A stretch of 64,000 nt of DNA from Minisyncoccota bacterium. GTDB taxonomy: Bacteria; Patescibacteriota; Minisyncoccia; Phycocordibacterales; UBA9973. Below the pieces are notes generated by a model. That model searched no databases. It was not told the origin of the DNA and saw only the letters and a program-made list of their open reading frames with translations. A program made the position numbers and the translations under genes. The stretch covers positions 157,360 through 221,359 of the forward strand of contig JBAZRK010000001.1 of NCBI GenBank assembly GCA_041663005.1. Reading direction: 5' to 3'. This document shows positions 9,369-20,253 of the stretch, piece by piece. Position 1 is the stretch's first letter. Every line of letters starts with the position of its first letter.

Positions 9369-10343
9369 ATGAGCATAGACATTGAAGAACTGAAAAAGAA
9401 CCACCAGACCAGCTACTTAGGCCAGGCGCTGGAGAAGCTTGCCCGTGAGGAAGCGGAGGTGAGAGAAATGCTTGCGAGTGACGAGTCACTCCACGAGCTT
9501 GCCGCCAAGGAGTTAAAATTTATCCAAGATGAGAAAGAACGACTCGAGAAACAAGTAGAAGATATTTTAAATAAGGAAAAAGAGGCGGAAGAATTTCCAA
9601 ATGAAATAGTGCTCGAAGTCAGGGCTGGGGCCGGGGGAGATGAGGCCTCGCTTTTCGCCTGGGAGTTGGCGCATATGTATGAGAAATTTGCCGAAGCCGA
9701 GAGCTGGCAGTGGAAGGTGAACTACGAATCCAAGAGTGACTTAAATGGTTACAAAGAAGCGAGCTTTGAAATCAAAGGCAAGGATGTTTATAAGAAAATG
9801 CGATACGAGACTGGCGTGCATCGAGTCCAGAGAATTCCAGCGACAGAAAAAAATGGCCGAGTGCACACGTCTACTGCATCCGTAGCGGTGCTTCCAATTA
9901 GAAAGAAAGTAAATTTCGTAATTAACCCCGCCGACTTCGATATGGAATATTCTCGTTCCGGAGGAAAGGGCGGGCAAAACGTCAACAAGGTTGAAACAGC
10001 TGTACGCATAATCCACAAACCGACTGGGCTCGATGTTCGCTCTACCAACGAACGCAGCCAGCTAGCCAACCGCGAGAAGGCAATGATGATTCTAACAGCC
10101 AAACTTCAGCAGCTGGAAGAAGAAAAAGAGGCCAAGAAATACGGGGCGGAACGCAAGAATCAGATAGGCTCCGGCGATCGTTCCGAGAAAATCCGTACCT
10201 ACAATTACTCTCAAGACCGCGTCACGGACCACCGTATCAAAAAATCCTGGCACAACCTGCCTAAAATTCTCGAAGGCGACATCAGCGACATAATTTCCGA
10301 CATCGAATCCGGCGCAGTAGGGGACGAGGAGGACGAAGAGTAA
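9369..10343 (+). CDS. prfA: Peptide chain release factor 1
   Basis: GVHRVQRIPAT (PxT), GGKGGQNVNK, RSEKIRTYN; start at ATG 9369. Confidence 0.95.
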   Translation: MSIDIEELKKNHQTSYLGQALEKLAREEAEVREMLASDESLHELAAKELKFIQDEKERLEKQVEDILNKEKEAEEFPNEIVLEVRAGAGGDEASLFAWELAHMYEKFAEAESWQWKVNYESKSDLNGYKEASFEIKGKDVYKKMRYETGVHRVQRIPATEKNGRVHTSTASVAVLPIRKKVNFVINPADFDMEYSRSGGKGGQNVNKVETAVRIIHKPTGLDVRSTNERSQLANREKAMMILTAKLQQLEEEKEAKKYGAERKNQIGSGDRSEKIRTYNYSQDRVTDHRIKKSWHNLPKILEGDISDIISDIESGAVGDEEDEE

Positions 10344-10384
10344 TTTTGCCTTGCCTTGTTTCTAGTAGATAGTATAATTAACAT

Positions 10385-10594
10385 ATGAGTAATAAAATAG
10401 ATAAATTATCTAATAATTTTAGCAAAATAACCAAGTCGTTTAAGGGTAAATGGGTGGCATCTTCTGAAGACTACTCCAAAGTAATTGCCAGCGCCAATAC
10501 CTTGAATGAAGTTATTAAAAAGATTGGGAAAGACCAAAATCCAAAGATTTTTAAAGTAGTGCCATTGGACATGGTATATTCTCCTTTTAGTTAG
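10385..10594 (+). CDS. DUF5678-like small protein
   Basis: FKGKWVA...KVIASANTLNEV pattern; coupled to a retropepsin-like gene. Confidence 0.6.
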   Translation: MSNKIDKLSNNFSKITKSFKGKWVASSEDYSKVIASANTLNEVIKKIGKDQNPKIFKVVPLDMVYSPFS

Positions 10595-10596
10595 CC

Positions 10597-11007
10597 ATGA
10601 AATATAAATATCTAACTGTATTAAACAGCGACCCCAACGGTAAGCATTTTCGTCGCCCTGCCGTAGACGTAGAATTGTTTGGCCCATCACAAAAAATTAG
10701 TACGTTTGCTCTGATTGATTCAGGGGCAGATTATTGTTTGTTTAACATTGAATACGCGCAAGCTATTGGCGTCGATTTAAAAAAATGCAAAAAAGCGGCA
10801 ACTATGGGTGTCGAAGGCGGCTCTAAAGAAATATATTTGACTGAGATAGATATTCAAGTGAAAAATTTAGAAAAAATAAAAGTTCCAGTGGCTTTTATAG
10901 ACAGTAAATCTGTCAACGGGCTTTTGGGGCAGATAGGATTCTTTGATCTTAATAGAATTAAGTTCGAACGAGATCATGATGTTTTTGAAATAAACCCTGT
11001 TAAGTAG
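10597..11007 (+). CDS. Retropepsin-like (clan AA) aspartyl protease
   Basis: ALIDSGADY catalytic motif and GLLGQIGFFD. Confidence 0.8.
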   Translation: MKYKYLTVLNSDPNGKHFRRPAVDVELFGPSQKISTFALIDSGADYCLFNIEYAQAIGVDLKKCKKAATMGVEGGSKEIYLTEIDIQVKNLEKIKVPVAFIDSKSVNGLLGQIGFFDLNRIKFERDHDVFEINPVK

Positions 11008-11060
11008 AGTATTTTTATAAGATTACGGTTATTTTCCCTTATAAATTAAGGGTTTTTTAC

Positions 11061-11089
11061 TTGCTTTTTTATATAATATGTGCTATAAT
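11061..11089 (+). promoter_or_regulatory. Sigma70 promoter with extended -10
   Basis: TTGCTT-N17-TATAAT, with TGc immediately before the -10. Confidence 0.7.
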
Positions 11090-11223
11090 ACGTAAGTATC
11101 TAATGTTCCTTAAAAAGATGGTTTTGTAGGCGGTATTTTGGATATGAATTTTTGTATCTAATATACCGCTTGCAAAATAAAATAGGCGGAATTAAAAATG
11201 ACCTACGGGTCAAGGAGGTTTCG

Positions 11224-11457
11224 ATGGCACCGGTTAGCCTGGAAGTGGTACTTGCAAGACGCGCAGTGGCGTGGCTCAATAGCCCCGCGGATGCTACAGC
11301 GGCCTACTCCCACATGGTGAGCGCCGCACTCCGGCTCTCGCTCGCCGACAACAACGGAGAGCTGCTGAAAGCTGTCATTGCGTATGACAGCGGCAACACT
11401 ATGGAGACCGAAGCAATCGGCCGCTTCGCCCGCATCGTTCTCAATTCCGCTCAGTGA
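11224..11457 (+). CDS. Hypothetical 77-aa protein
   Basis: AAGGAGGT SD just upstream of ATG 11224; GC-richer than its flanks; has its own promoter and terminator. Confidence 0.55.
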   Translation: MAPVSLEVVLARRAVAWLNSPADATAAYSHMVSAALRLSLADNNGELLKAVIAYDSGNTMETEAIGRFARIVLNSAQ

Positions 11458-11595
11458 CTATGTCACCTGCGCCGTAACCGCAGCAATCGCGCGGTTGAGT
11501 GTTACGGACTCAACCACGCAGGTTCAGTGCGTAACTGAACAGAGAAACAAATGGACCAGCTTAGCTTCTAGCGAGCCGGTCCGTTTCTATTTTTT
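11454..11595 (+). ncRNA. Candidate structured RNA or 3' UTR ending in a terminator-like hairpin
   Basis: Multiple perfect 6-8 bp helices with pseudoknot potential (see findings); not matched to any known family. Confidence 0.4.
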
Positions 11596-11733
11596 CCCAA
11601 CCTTCCTTTTTCAAATTGCTTTCTAGTTTTAATATGGTATAGTTTTCCCGTAGGGTCTCATTTAGCGAAAATGAAGTTTCTACGTTTATAAATATTTTTT
11701 GCCCGATTTTTCTAAAACGGGAGAAGTAAATAG

Positions 11734-12039
11734 ATGGCTACAAAGCTATATGTAGGGGGACTCCCTTACAGCACAACTGAAGATGCTCTCCGCGAGCACT
11801 TCGCACAAGCAGGAGAAGTTACATCTGCTGTGATTATCATGGACAAAATGTCCGGTCGTTCAAAAGGTTTTGGATTCGTAGAAATGGCAAATGACGAAGA
11901 CGCTCAAAAGGCAATCTCTATGTTCAATGACCAAGATTTCGGAGGACGCAAGCTAACGGTTAACGAAGCTCGTCCAATGGAAGCCCGACCTCCTCGAACA
12001 GGCGGAAATGGCGGATACGGAAACCGCAGAGAATACTAA
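11734..12039 (+). CDS. RRM RNA-binding protein
   Basis: RNP2 LYVGGL, RNP1 KGFGFVEM, Gly-rich tail. Confidence 0.95.
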   Translation: MATKLYVGGLPYSTTEDALREHFAQAGEVTSAVIIMDKMSGRSKGFGFVEMANDEDAQKAISMFNDQDFGGRKLTVNEARPMEARPPRTGGNGGYGNRREY

Positions 12040-12057
12040 ATCTTATTTAGTTTCTAA

Positions 12058-12093
12058 AAACAAAAAGTCGCTCGCAAGGGCGATTTTTTGTTT
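12058..12093 (+). terminator. Intrinsic (probably bidirectional) terminator
   Basis: aaacaaaaagtcgctc-gcaa-gggcgattttttgttt. Confidence 0.75.
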
Positions 12094-12130
12094 GCTCAAA
12101 TATCTTTTATTTGTTATAGTTTTTTCTATT

Positions 12131-12202
12131 GAGCGTGTAGTTCAGTGGTAGAACGCTGTCCTGATAAGACAGAGGTCGAAGGTCCGATTCCTTCCACGCT
12201 CA
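12131..12202 (+). tRNA. tRNA-Ile(GAT)
   Basis: Acceptor gagcgtg/cacgctc; anticodon arm ctgtc-ctGATaa-gacag; no encoded CCA. Confidence 0.93.
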
Positions 12203-12273
12203 CACATTTCCCACATTTGCATCCAAAGCATCTTTATCTTATACTAGAGTAAAGCCTTATCGGCTTTGTTTTT

Positions 12274-12531
12274 GTGGGAGAGGAAAACTCAAATTTTAAT
12301 AAAGGTCCGTGGTGGAAGCCTGGGGTGCAAATATTCAGCCAGATTTCAACGTGGATTGTATTTCCGATAGTCGGCGCTCTTGTCCTAGGCAAGATGCTCG
12401 ACAAGAAATTCGGGACAGAACCGGTGATTTTCTTGGTGCTTGCGGGGCTCGGGTTCCTCATTACGTCTTATGGAATGGTTAGAGTAGTCAAAGATTATAT
12501 CAAGAAGATAAAAGAAACTGACAAAAAATAA
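12274..12531 (+). CDS. AtpZ/AtpI-family ATP synthase accessory membrane protein
   Basis: Two TMs, LGKMLDKKFGTEP motif, first gene of the atp operon. Confidence 0.75.
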   Translation: MGEENSNFNKGPWWKPGVQIFSQISTWIVFPIVGALVLGKMLDKKFGTEPVIFLVLAGLGFLITSYGMVRVVKDYIKKIKETDKK

Positions 12532-12537
12532 TTATTT

Positions 12538-13485
12538 ATGACCACAGAGGCGGAGACACAGCAAATTTTAAAAGAAATAGGGGCAGAAGCTCAAGAGGCG
12601 GGAGTTGCTGCACACGAAGCGGAAGAAGAGGTTGCGCACGAGGTTACGCTCTTCGCGGAGCCGATATATCATTTTAAAAATTTCGCGATTACGAACGCCC
12701 TTGCCACAAGTTGGGTGGTGGTAGCTATCATAATTCTTCTCTCAGCCGCGCTTCGTAAGTCTCTCAAGGAAGTGCCGGGCAAATTTCAGAACATTTTCGA
12801 AATTGTAACTGAGGGTGCCCTAGGTCTCTGCGACCAGGTTACCAATGACCGCGCGCTCTCGGTGAAAATTTTCCCTATCGCTATATCCGTTTTCTTTTTT
12901 ATACTCATTAACAACTGGCTCGGCATCACTCCGCTAGGCGGATTCGGACTCATTGAGACAGGCGAGCACGGGAAGGCCTTCATTCCGTTTCTTCGGGGCG
13001 GTACAGCAGACATCAACACAACCTTGGCGCTTGCCGTTATGGCGGTTATCGGAGCAAACATCTTCGGCATATTTTCTATTGGCGCTTGGAAAACATTGAA
13101 CAAATATGTTAATCTAAAGGCGCTGGGCGGCATATTTACTGAGATTAAGAAGAATCCTACCGTGATAATAGTTGCCCCGATTACGTTCTTTGTCGGACTT
13201 ATTGAAATAGCCGGTGAGTTTGCAAAGGTGGCCTCGCTTTCCTTCCGTCTCTTCGGAAACATTTTAGCCGGGGAAGTATTGCTCGCTTCTATTGCGGCCT
13301 TGGCTCCTTACGCAGCGCCTATCCCGTTCTTGTTCTTGGAAATTTTGGTAGGTGTGATACAAGCCCTGATCTTTTCAATTCTGCTTGTAGTTTATTTCAC
13401 AATTGGAGCTTCGGACCATGATCATGAAGAAGGTGAGCATGAGCACGAAGTTGTACATAAAGAGTCGATTATTATTAGCAGTTAA
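12538..13485 (+). CDS. atpB: ATP synthase Fo subunit a
   Basis: NNWLG, TADINTT, SLSFRLFGN, IQALIF. Confidence 0.96.
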   Translation: MTTEAETQQILKEIGAEAQEAGVAAHEAEEEVAHEVTLFAEPIYHFKNFAITNALATSWVVVAIIILLSAALRKSLKEVPGKFQNIFEIVTEGALGLCDQVTNDRALSVKIFPIAISVFFFILINNWLGITPLGGFGLIETGEHGKAFIPFLRGGTADINTTLALAVMAVIGANIFGIFSIGAWKTLNKYVNLKALGGIFTEIKKNPTVIIVAPITFFVGLIEIAGEFAKVASLSFRLFGNILAGEVLLASIAALAPYAAPIPFLFLEILVGVIQALIFSILLVVYFTIGASDHDHEEGEHEHEVVHKESIIISS

Positions 13486-13728
<243 letters not shown>

Positions 13729-13741
13729 GTGTTTTACGGAT

Positions 13742-13858
13742 CCCGTTAGAGATAAAGTGGTTTATGTTTCTTGCGGGATTACTAAAATACTTAAGTAAGT
13801 ATTTTATTTATTATTTAACCGAGTGACGGAAATCCCTAGATTTCCTATCTCTAACCGG
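13742..13858. mobile_element. MITE-like element (family C) between atpE and atpF
   Basis: Terminal inverted repeats cccgttagagata/tatctctaaccgg; flanked by ACGGAT/ATGGAT; two internal hairpins. Confidence 0.6.
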
Positions 13859-14350
13859 ATGGATTCAATAATTTCAACATTTCACATTGATTGGAAAATA
13901 ATCATCGCTCAGGCGATAAACTTCGGCGTAGTGTTCGCGGTTTTGTACATCTTTGCCTTGAAGCCATTGGCGAAACTTATGGAAGAGCGCAGCGGAAAAA
14001 TTGCCAAGGGCATCGACGATGCCAAGACCAACGCAACGCTACTCGCTAAGACGGAAGAAGAGTATAACGACGCTCTGGCTCGCGCGAAAGCGGAAGCCAA
14101 TAAAATTTTCCAAGAGGGCAAAAAGGAAGCCGACGCCAAGCGTATAGAAATGCTAGAAAATGCCAAGACCGAAGTTGCCGGAGTGATAGAGAACGGTAGA
14201 AAAGTTCTTGAAGCCGAAAAAGTTAAAATAGTGGAAGAAGCTAAGAAAGAAATAGTTGACCTCGCTCTCAAAGCTACGGAGAAATTACTCGGAGAAAAGA
14301 TGGGAGACAGCTTTAACGATAAGACGATTAAAGAATTAAATAATTTGTAA
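13859..14350 (+). CDS. atpF: ATP synthase Fo subunit b
   Basis: IDWKIIIAQAINF, KPL..MEER, coiled coil; likely start ATG 13859. Confidence 0.93.
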   Translation: MDSIISTFHIDWKIIIAQAINFGVVFAVLYIFALKPLAKLMEERSGKIAKGIDDAKTNATLLAKTEEEYNDALARAKAEANKIFQEGKKEADAKRIEMLENAKTEVAGVIENGRKVLEAEKVKIVEEAKKEIVDLALKATEKLLGEKMGDSFNDKTIKELNNL

Positions 14351-14356
14351 TAAGTT

Positions 14357-14767
14357 ATGGCAGCCATTTCCAACAACAACATAGCCCTCGCTGTATACGA
14401 AATGCTTAAAGGCAAAAGCGCTAAAGAGCAAGCGGAAGCTGTACCTAAAGTTGTGGAATTCTTAAACAGGAAAAGGTTGCTTTCTAAATCAAAAGATATC
14501 TTGACACGACTAGAAAAGATTTTAAACCAAGCGGAAGGGAAGCTCGAGGTGAGAACTTACAGTGCGGACAAACTCAGCGAATCGCACAAGAAGGAGCTGG
14601 CCCAGGCGCTTTCAAAGAGATACGGAGGCAGAGAAATGATTTTTAAAGAGCAGATTGACGAGAGGTTGTTAGGAGGAGTCAGAATAGAGATTAACGACGA
14701 AGTAATAGACCTAAGTATACGGAACAAGATTAAAAAATTAAAAGAGCATTTAACAAAAAGACAATGA
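14357..14767 (+). CDS. atpH: ATP synthase F1 subunit delta (short form)
   Basis: [23 protein letters not shown]; operon position. Confidence 0.88.
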   Translation: MAAISNNNIALAVYEMLKGKSAKEQAEAVPKVVEFLNRKRLLSKSKDILTRLEKILNQAEGKLEVRTYSADKLSESHKKELAQALSKRYGGREMIFKEQIDERLLGGVRIEINDEVIDLSIRNKIKKLKEHLTKRQ

Positions 14768-16263
14768 GCACCAACCACATAGTAGAAAACTTAAAAAGAG
14801 AGATTGAAAATTTTTCCGCACAGGCGAAAGTCGAGAAAGTCGGCAAAGTGGTAGAGCTCTTCGACGGTATTGCGAAAGTTTCCGGTCTTTCGGATATTAA
14901 ATCCTCCGAAATGGTGCTGTTTCCAAACGGTTCTACTGGGGTTGCTCTAAACCTAGAAGAAGATATGGTGGGGGTAATTATCTTTGGAGATTTTGCCAAT
15001 ATTAAGGAGGGTGATGAGGTGAAGGCTACCGGGAGAATTCTTGAAATTCCCGTATCTGACGCTATTCTTGGCCGCGTAGTTAACGCAATCGGTATTCCTA
15101 TCGACGGTAAAGGTGACATGAAAGCTGCGAAGACATATCCGATTGAAAAAGTTGCTCCCGGAGTTGTAACCCGTCTTTCTGTGGACCAGCCAGTTGCAAC
15201 CGGAATTAAAGTTATCGATGCCATCATCCCAATAGGCCGTGGTCAGCGCGAGCTTATCATCGGCGACAGGCAGACAGGTAAGACAGCTATCGCCGTAGAC
15301 ACAATTTTGAACCAGAAAGGTCAAAATATGATTTGCGTTTATGTTTCTATCGGCCAAAAAGATTCGAAGCTTAGGAAGATTGAAGCACGACTAGAAGAAG
15401 GTGGCGCAATGGATTATACGGTCATAGTTTCTGCGGGCGCGTCTGAAGCGGCATCGCTTGCATACATTGCTCCTTACACCGGAGTTTCCATCGCCGAGTA
15501 CTTTATGGACCAAGGAAAGGATGTGCTTATTATTTACGATGATCTTTCCAAGCACGCTGTGGCTTACCGAGAAATTTCTCTCTTGCTCCGACGTCCACCG
15601 GGCCGTGAAGCATATCCGGGAGACGTTTTCTACTTACACTCAAGGTTGCTTGAGCGAGCTTGCCGCAGAAATGAACAATACGGCGGTGGGTCCATCACAG
15701 CTCTGCCTATTATTGAAACGCAGGCCGGCGATATTTCTGCTTACATTCCGACTAACGTCATCTCCATCACCGACGGACAGATTTTCCTCGAAACGGATTT
15801 GTTCTATAAAGGTATCCGTCCTGCGGTAAACGTCGGCTTCTCGGTGTCTCGCGTGGGTTCCAGCGCGCAAATCAAGGCGATGAAGAAAGTTGCTGGTACT
15901 TTGAAACTCGACCTGGCACAATTCCGAGAGCTCGAAGCCTTTTCTCAATTCGGTTCCGATCTCGATGACGCTACCAAGCGACAGCTCGAGCGCGGTAAAC
16001 GAGCAGTGGAAGTCTTAAAGCAACCGCAGTATTCTCCTATGAAAACCGAGCACCAGGTTGTGGTGCTGTACGCTTTGACTAAGGGCTATATGGATGAAGT
16101 ACCGATGGACAAGATTAAAGCCTTTGAGAGCGGACTCGTCGAATACACTGAAAGAAATGCAAAGGTTTTCTTCAGGGAAGTTACGGAGAAAAAAATGTGG
16201 ACAGATAAAGGTGAAGAAGAATTAAAGAAAGCCATCGAAGATTTTAAGAAAAATTTTAGTTAA
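14764..16263 (+). CDS. atpA: ATP synthase F1 subunit alpha
   Basis: [21 protein letters not shown]. Confidence 0.98.
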   Translation: MSTNHIVENLKREIENFSAQAKVEKVGKVVELFDGIAKVSGLSDIKSSEMVLFPNGSTGVALNLEEDMVGVIIFGDFANIKEGDEVKATGRILEIPVSDAILGRVVNAIGIPIDGKGDMKAAKTYPIEKVAPGVVTRLSVDQPVATGIKVIDAIIPIGRGQRELIIGDRQTGKTAIAVDTILNQKGQNMICVYVSIGQKDSKLRKIEARLEEGGAMDYTVIVSAGASEAASLAYIAPYTGVSIAEYFMDQGKDVLIIYDDLSKHAVAYREISLLLRRPPGREAYPGDVFYLHSRLLERACRRNEQYGGGSITALPIIETQAGDISAYIPTNVISITDGQIFLETDLFYKGIRPAVNVGFSVSRVGSSAQIKAMKKVAGTLKLDLAQFRELEAFSQFGSDLDDATKRQLERGKRAVEVLKQPQYSPMKTEHQVVVLYALTKGYMDEVPMDKIKAFESGLVEYTERNAKVFFREVTEKKMWTDKGEEELKKAIEDFKKNFS

Positions 16264-16268
16264 AAATT

Positions 16269-17195
16269 ATGGCCGGTACGAAAGAAATTAAAAGAAGAAT
16301 AAAAAGCATCAAGAACACCAAGAAAATCACAAAAGCGATGGAGCTTGTGGCTGCTTCGAAGATGAAGCGTGCCGTGTCTTCTACACTCGCTTCACGTCTA
16401 TACGCAGAGTATTCTTGGGATATTCTAGCCTCTGTGGCGAAGAACGTTGAGAAGATTCCGCATCCGCTTTTCCTTGAGCGCGAGAAAACACAAGGTGAAA
16501 AGGAAAACGTTTTAGTTATTCTCATAACTTCCAACCGGGGGTTGTGTGGGGCCTATAATGCTCAGATAATTAAAAAGTCCTTGGCACTCCTTAAACTGAA
16601 AGAAGAAAATTTAAATATCGATTTTATTTCTATAGGGAAGAAAGGGGATTTAGCTATGCGAAGAGTCGGACAGAACGTTATTGCAAGCTTCCTTGATCTA
16701 CCGGACAATCTTTCCCTCAGCTCTATTGTTCCCATATCCAAGCTCGCGATGGATGAATATGTAGCGCTTAGGTATGACCGTATTTTAGTTGCTTACACCG
16801 ATTTTATTTCAGCTTTGACTCAGAAGCCAAACATTAAACAAGTCTTGCCCATATCTCGAGAGAGCCTGGAGGAATTTATAGATTCATTAGGTGGAGATAA
16901 GGTGGCTAAGAAAATTAACGACGACAAGAATGAGAAAATTGATTATTTATTAGAAGGGGACTCGAACGCCTTCCTTGGCTCATTGGCCGAGAAGATTACC
17001 AGGATGCAAGTGTATCAAATGATTTTGGAATCAAACGCCTCCGAACAGTCTTCCCGAATGATGGCTATGAAAAATGCGAGTGAGGCTTCAAGCGAAATGA
17101 TTGACGACCTGACGCTCATGTTCAACAAGGCAAGGCAGGCAAATATTACCAGAGAAATATCGGAAATTAGTGCCGGTATGGCGAGTGTAAGCTAA
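16269..17195 (+). CDS. atpG: ATP synthase F1 subunit gamma
   Basis: ITKAMELVAASK, RGLCGAYN, RQANITREISEI. Confidence 0.97.
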   Translation: MAGTKEIKRRIKSIKNTKKITKAMELVAASKMKRAVSSTLASRLYAEYSWDILASVAKNVEKIPHPLFLEREKTQGEKENVLVILITSNRGLCGAYNAQIIKKSLALLKLKEENLNIDFISIGKKGDLAMRRVGQNVIASFLDLPDNLSLSSIVPISKLAMDEYVALRYDRILVAYTDFISALTQKPNIKQVLPISRESLEEFIDSLGGDKVAKKINDDKNEKIDYLLEGDSNAFLGSLAEKITRMQVYQMILESNASEQSSRMMAMKNASEASSEMIDDLTLMFNKARQANITREISEISAGMASVS

Positions 17196-17249
17196 ATTTA
17201 TTATTAAAATTATTAGCGCCGCGCTTTAAAGGAAAATTGCGCGGCATGA

Positions 17250-18638
<1,389 letters not shown>

Positions 18639-18641
18639 AGT

Positions 18642-19088
18642 ATGGCAAAGCAAATTAAATTAAAAATAGTTACTCCAGAGAGATTGGTTTTGGAGGAAAT
18701 GGTGGAACAAGTAAGTATGCCCACTACACTTGGCGAGATTACGGTTCTTCCTGATCATATACCTCTTATCACCGGCCTAGCTTCCGGAGATGTTGTAGCG
18801 GTGGCTCAAGGGGAACACATCCCGATGGCCGTTGTTGGTGGCTTTGTTGAAATTAAGCACAACGGTGATGGCGTTACTGAGGTTGCAGTATTGGCAGATT
18901 TTGCTGAGCACGTTTCTGAAATTTCGGATGAAAAAATCGAGCAAGCAAAGGTTCGCGCCGAAGAATTGAAGAAATTAATGGAAAACAAAGAACACGTGGA
19001 CTTCGAACACTTCGAAGCCGAGCTAGAACGCTCGTTGGCGCGAGTCAAGATTGCTGACAAATGGCGCACTAAAAAGTATAGAAAATAA
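18642..19088 (+). CDS. atpC: ATP synthase F1 subunit epsilon
   Basis: LKIVTPER, GEITVLPDH, GGFVEI. Confidence 0.94.
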   Translation: MAKQIKLKIVTPERLVLEEMVEQVSMPTTLGEITVLPDHIPLITGLASGDVVAVAQGEHIPMAVVGGFVEIKHNGDGVTEVAVLADFAEHVSEISDEKIEQAKVRAEELKKLMENKEHVDFEHFEAELERSLARVKIADKWRTKKYRK

Positions 19089-19122
19089 TTGCTATATTTT
19101 TTCTTTACACTACAATATGGTT

Positions 19123-19503
19123 ATGCGCGAAGATGCACCTAAAACTGAACGCGATCCATTTACTATAAAGTTCAAGAAAATGGATATATTTATTTCGGGT
19201 ATTTTTACCTTTATAATTTTAAAAGGATACACCCGCGGGACTTCACAGGAACAGACCAAAACAGATGTCCAGCATTTACATAAAGAATGGGTGAAGTTGA
19301 AAAGCTTTTTTAGTTCGGGGCAGATAAACCAACAAGTCGTTGTGGCGGAAGCGCTAAGAATATTCAAGCAGCTTGTGGTAATTTCGCAAATGTGTGGAGC
19401 AACAAAAGAAGAACTTGAACCGAAAAACATTGAATTCTACGACATCCTGGGTAAATTAGATATGAGGTCGATACGAAACGAGAAGCCTATCACCGAACAT
19501 TAA
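19123..19503 (+). CDS. Hypothetical protein
   Basis: ORF fills the atpC-rsmI gap; TACAAT 6 nt before ATG 19123; start uncertain. Confidence 0.55.
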   Translation: MREDAPKTERDPFTIKFKKMDIFISGIFTFIILKGYTRGTSQEQTKTDVQHLHKEWVKLKSFFSSGQINQQVVVAEALRIFKQLVVISQMCGATKEELEPKNIEFYDILGKLDMRSIRNEKPITEH

Positions 19504-19506
19504 TTT

Positions 19507-20187
19507 ATGTCTAAATTTTATATCGTAGCGACGCCGATTGGGAATATGGGGGACATTACGTTTCGCGCGATAGAGACGCTCAAAAGTGTGGATTTAATAT
19601 TGTGTGAAGATACTCGCGAGACTAAAAAGATTTTAGATAAATTTGACATTCACAAGCCGACGATGAGCTACCATGCGCAGAGCAAGCTCGGGAAGACAGA
19701 CAAAATTTTTGAATTATTAAAAGAAGGAAAAGATTTAGCCTTAGTCTCAGACGCAGGCACGCCAGGTATCTCAGACCCTGGCGCACTCCTCGTTTCTAAA
19801 ATCAAAGAAAATGCAGATATGCGCGATAGCGTAAATGTGATTCCTGTGCCGGGGGCCACGGCTTTGATTACGGCGCTTTCTGGTTCAGGGCTACCTACTC
19901 ACGAGTTTACATTTCTAGGATTTCTGCCGCACAAGAAGGGAAGAGAGACTCTTTTTAGAGAAATGGCGGAATCAAAAAGGACCATGGCTTTTTACGAATC
20001 CCCTCATCGCATTTTGAAAACACTGGAATCTTTAGTAAAATTCTGCCCGGACAAAAAGGTGTGCGTGGCTCGCGAACTCACGAAAATTTACGAAGAGTTT
20101 AAGACCGGCACTCCGACAGAAGTTTTAGAATACTATTTAAAAAATAAAGATAAACAAAGAGGAGAATTTACCGTAATAGTTGCCTAA
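19507..20187 (+). CDS. rsmI: 16S rRNA C1402 2'-O-methyltransferase
   Basis: VATPIGN, CEDTR, VSDAGTPGISDPG, YESPHR, RELTK. Confidence 0.96.
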   Translation: MSKFYIVATPIGNMGDITFRAIETLKSVDLILCEDTRETKKILDKFDIHKPTMSYHAQSKLGKTDKIFELLKEGKDLALVSDAGTPGISDPGALLVSKIKENADMRDSVNVIPVPGATALITALSGSGLPTHEFTFLGFLPHKKGRETLFREMAESKRTMAFYESPHRILKTLESLVKFCPDKKVCVARELTKIYEEFKTGTPTEVLEYYLKNKDKQRGEFTVIVA

Positions 20188-20253
20188 TCTCCTTACAAAG
20201 ACGCTAACCTTCTTAGTATATTATATATAATATACTAATTATTTTTTAAATTT

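Noticed and set aside
10277-10304. Triple cgacat repeat at the end of prfA as a family A remnant
   Set aside because: Direct rather than inverted repeats, explained by the GDISDIISDI codons.
11378-11626. 82-aa ORF over the structured region
   Set aside because: Overlaps the SD-led ORF in another frame, has no initiation signal and runs through a terminator-like hairpin.
17218-17245. gccgcgc/gcgcggc hairpin between atpG and atpD
   Set aside because: Single short stem with no U-tract and no second copy; probably an ordinary mRNA stability element.
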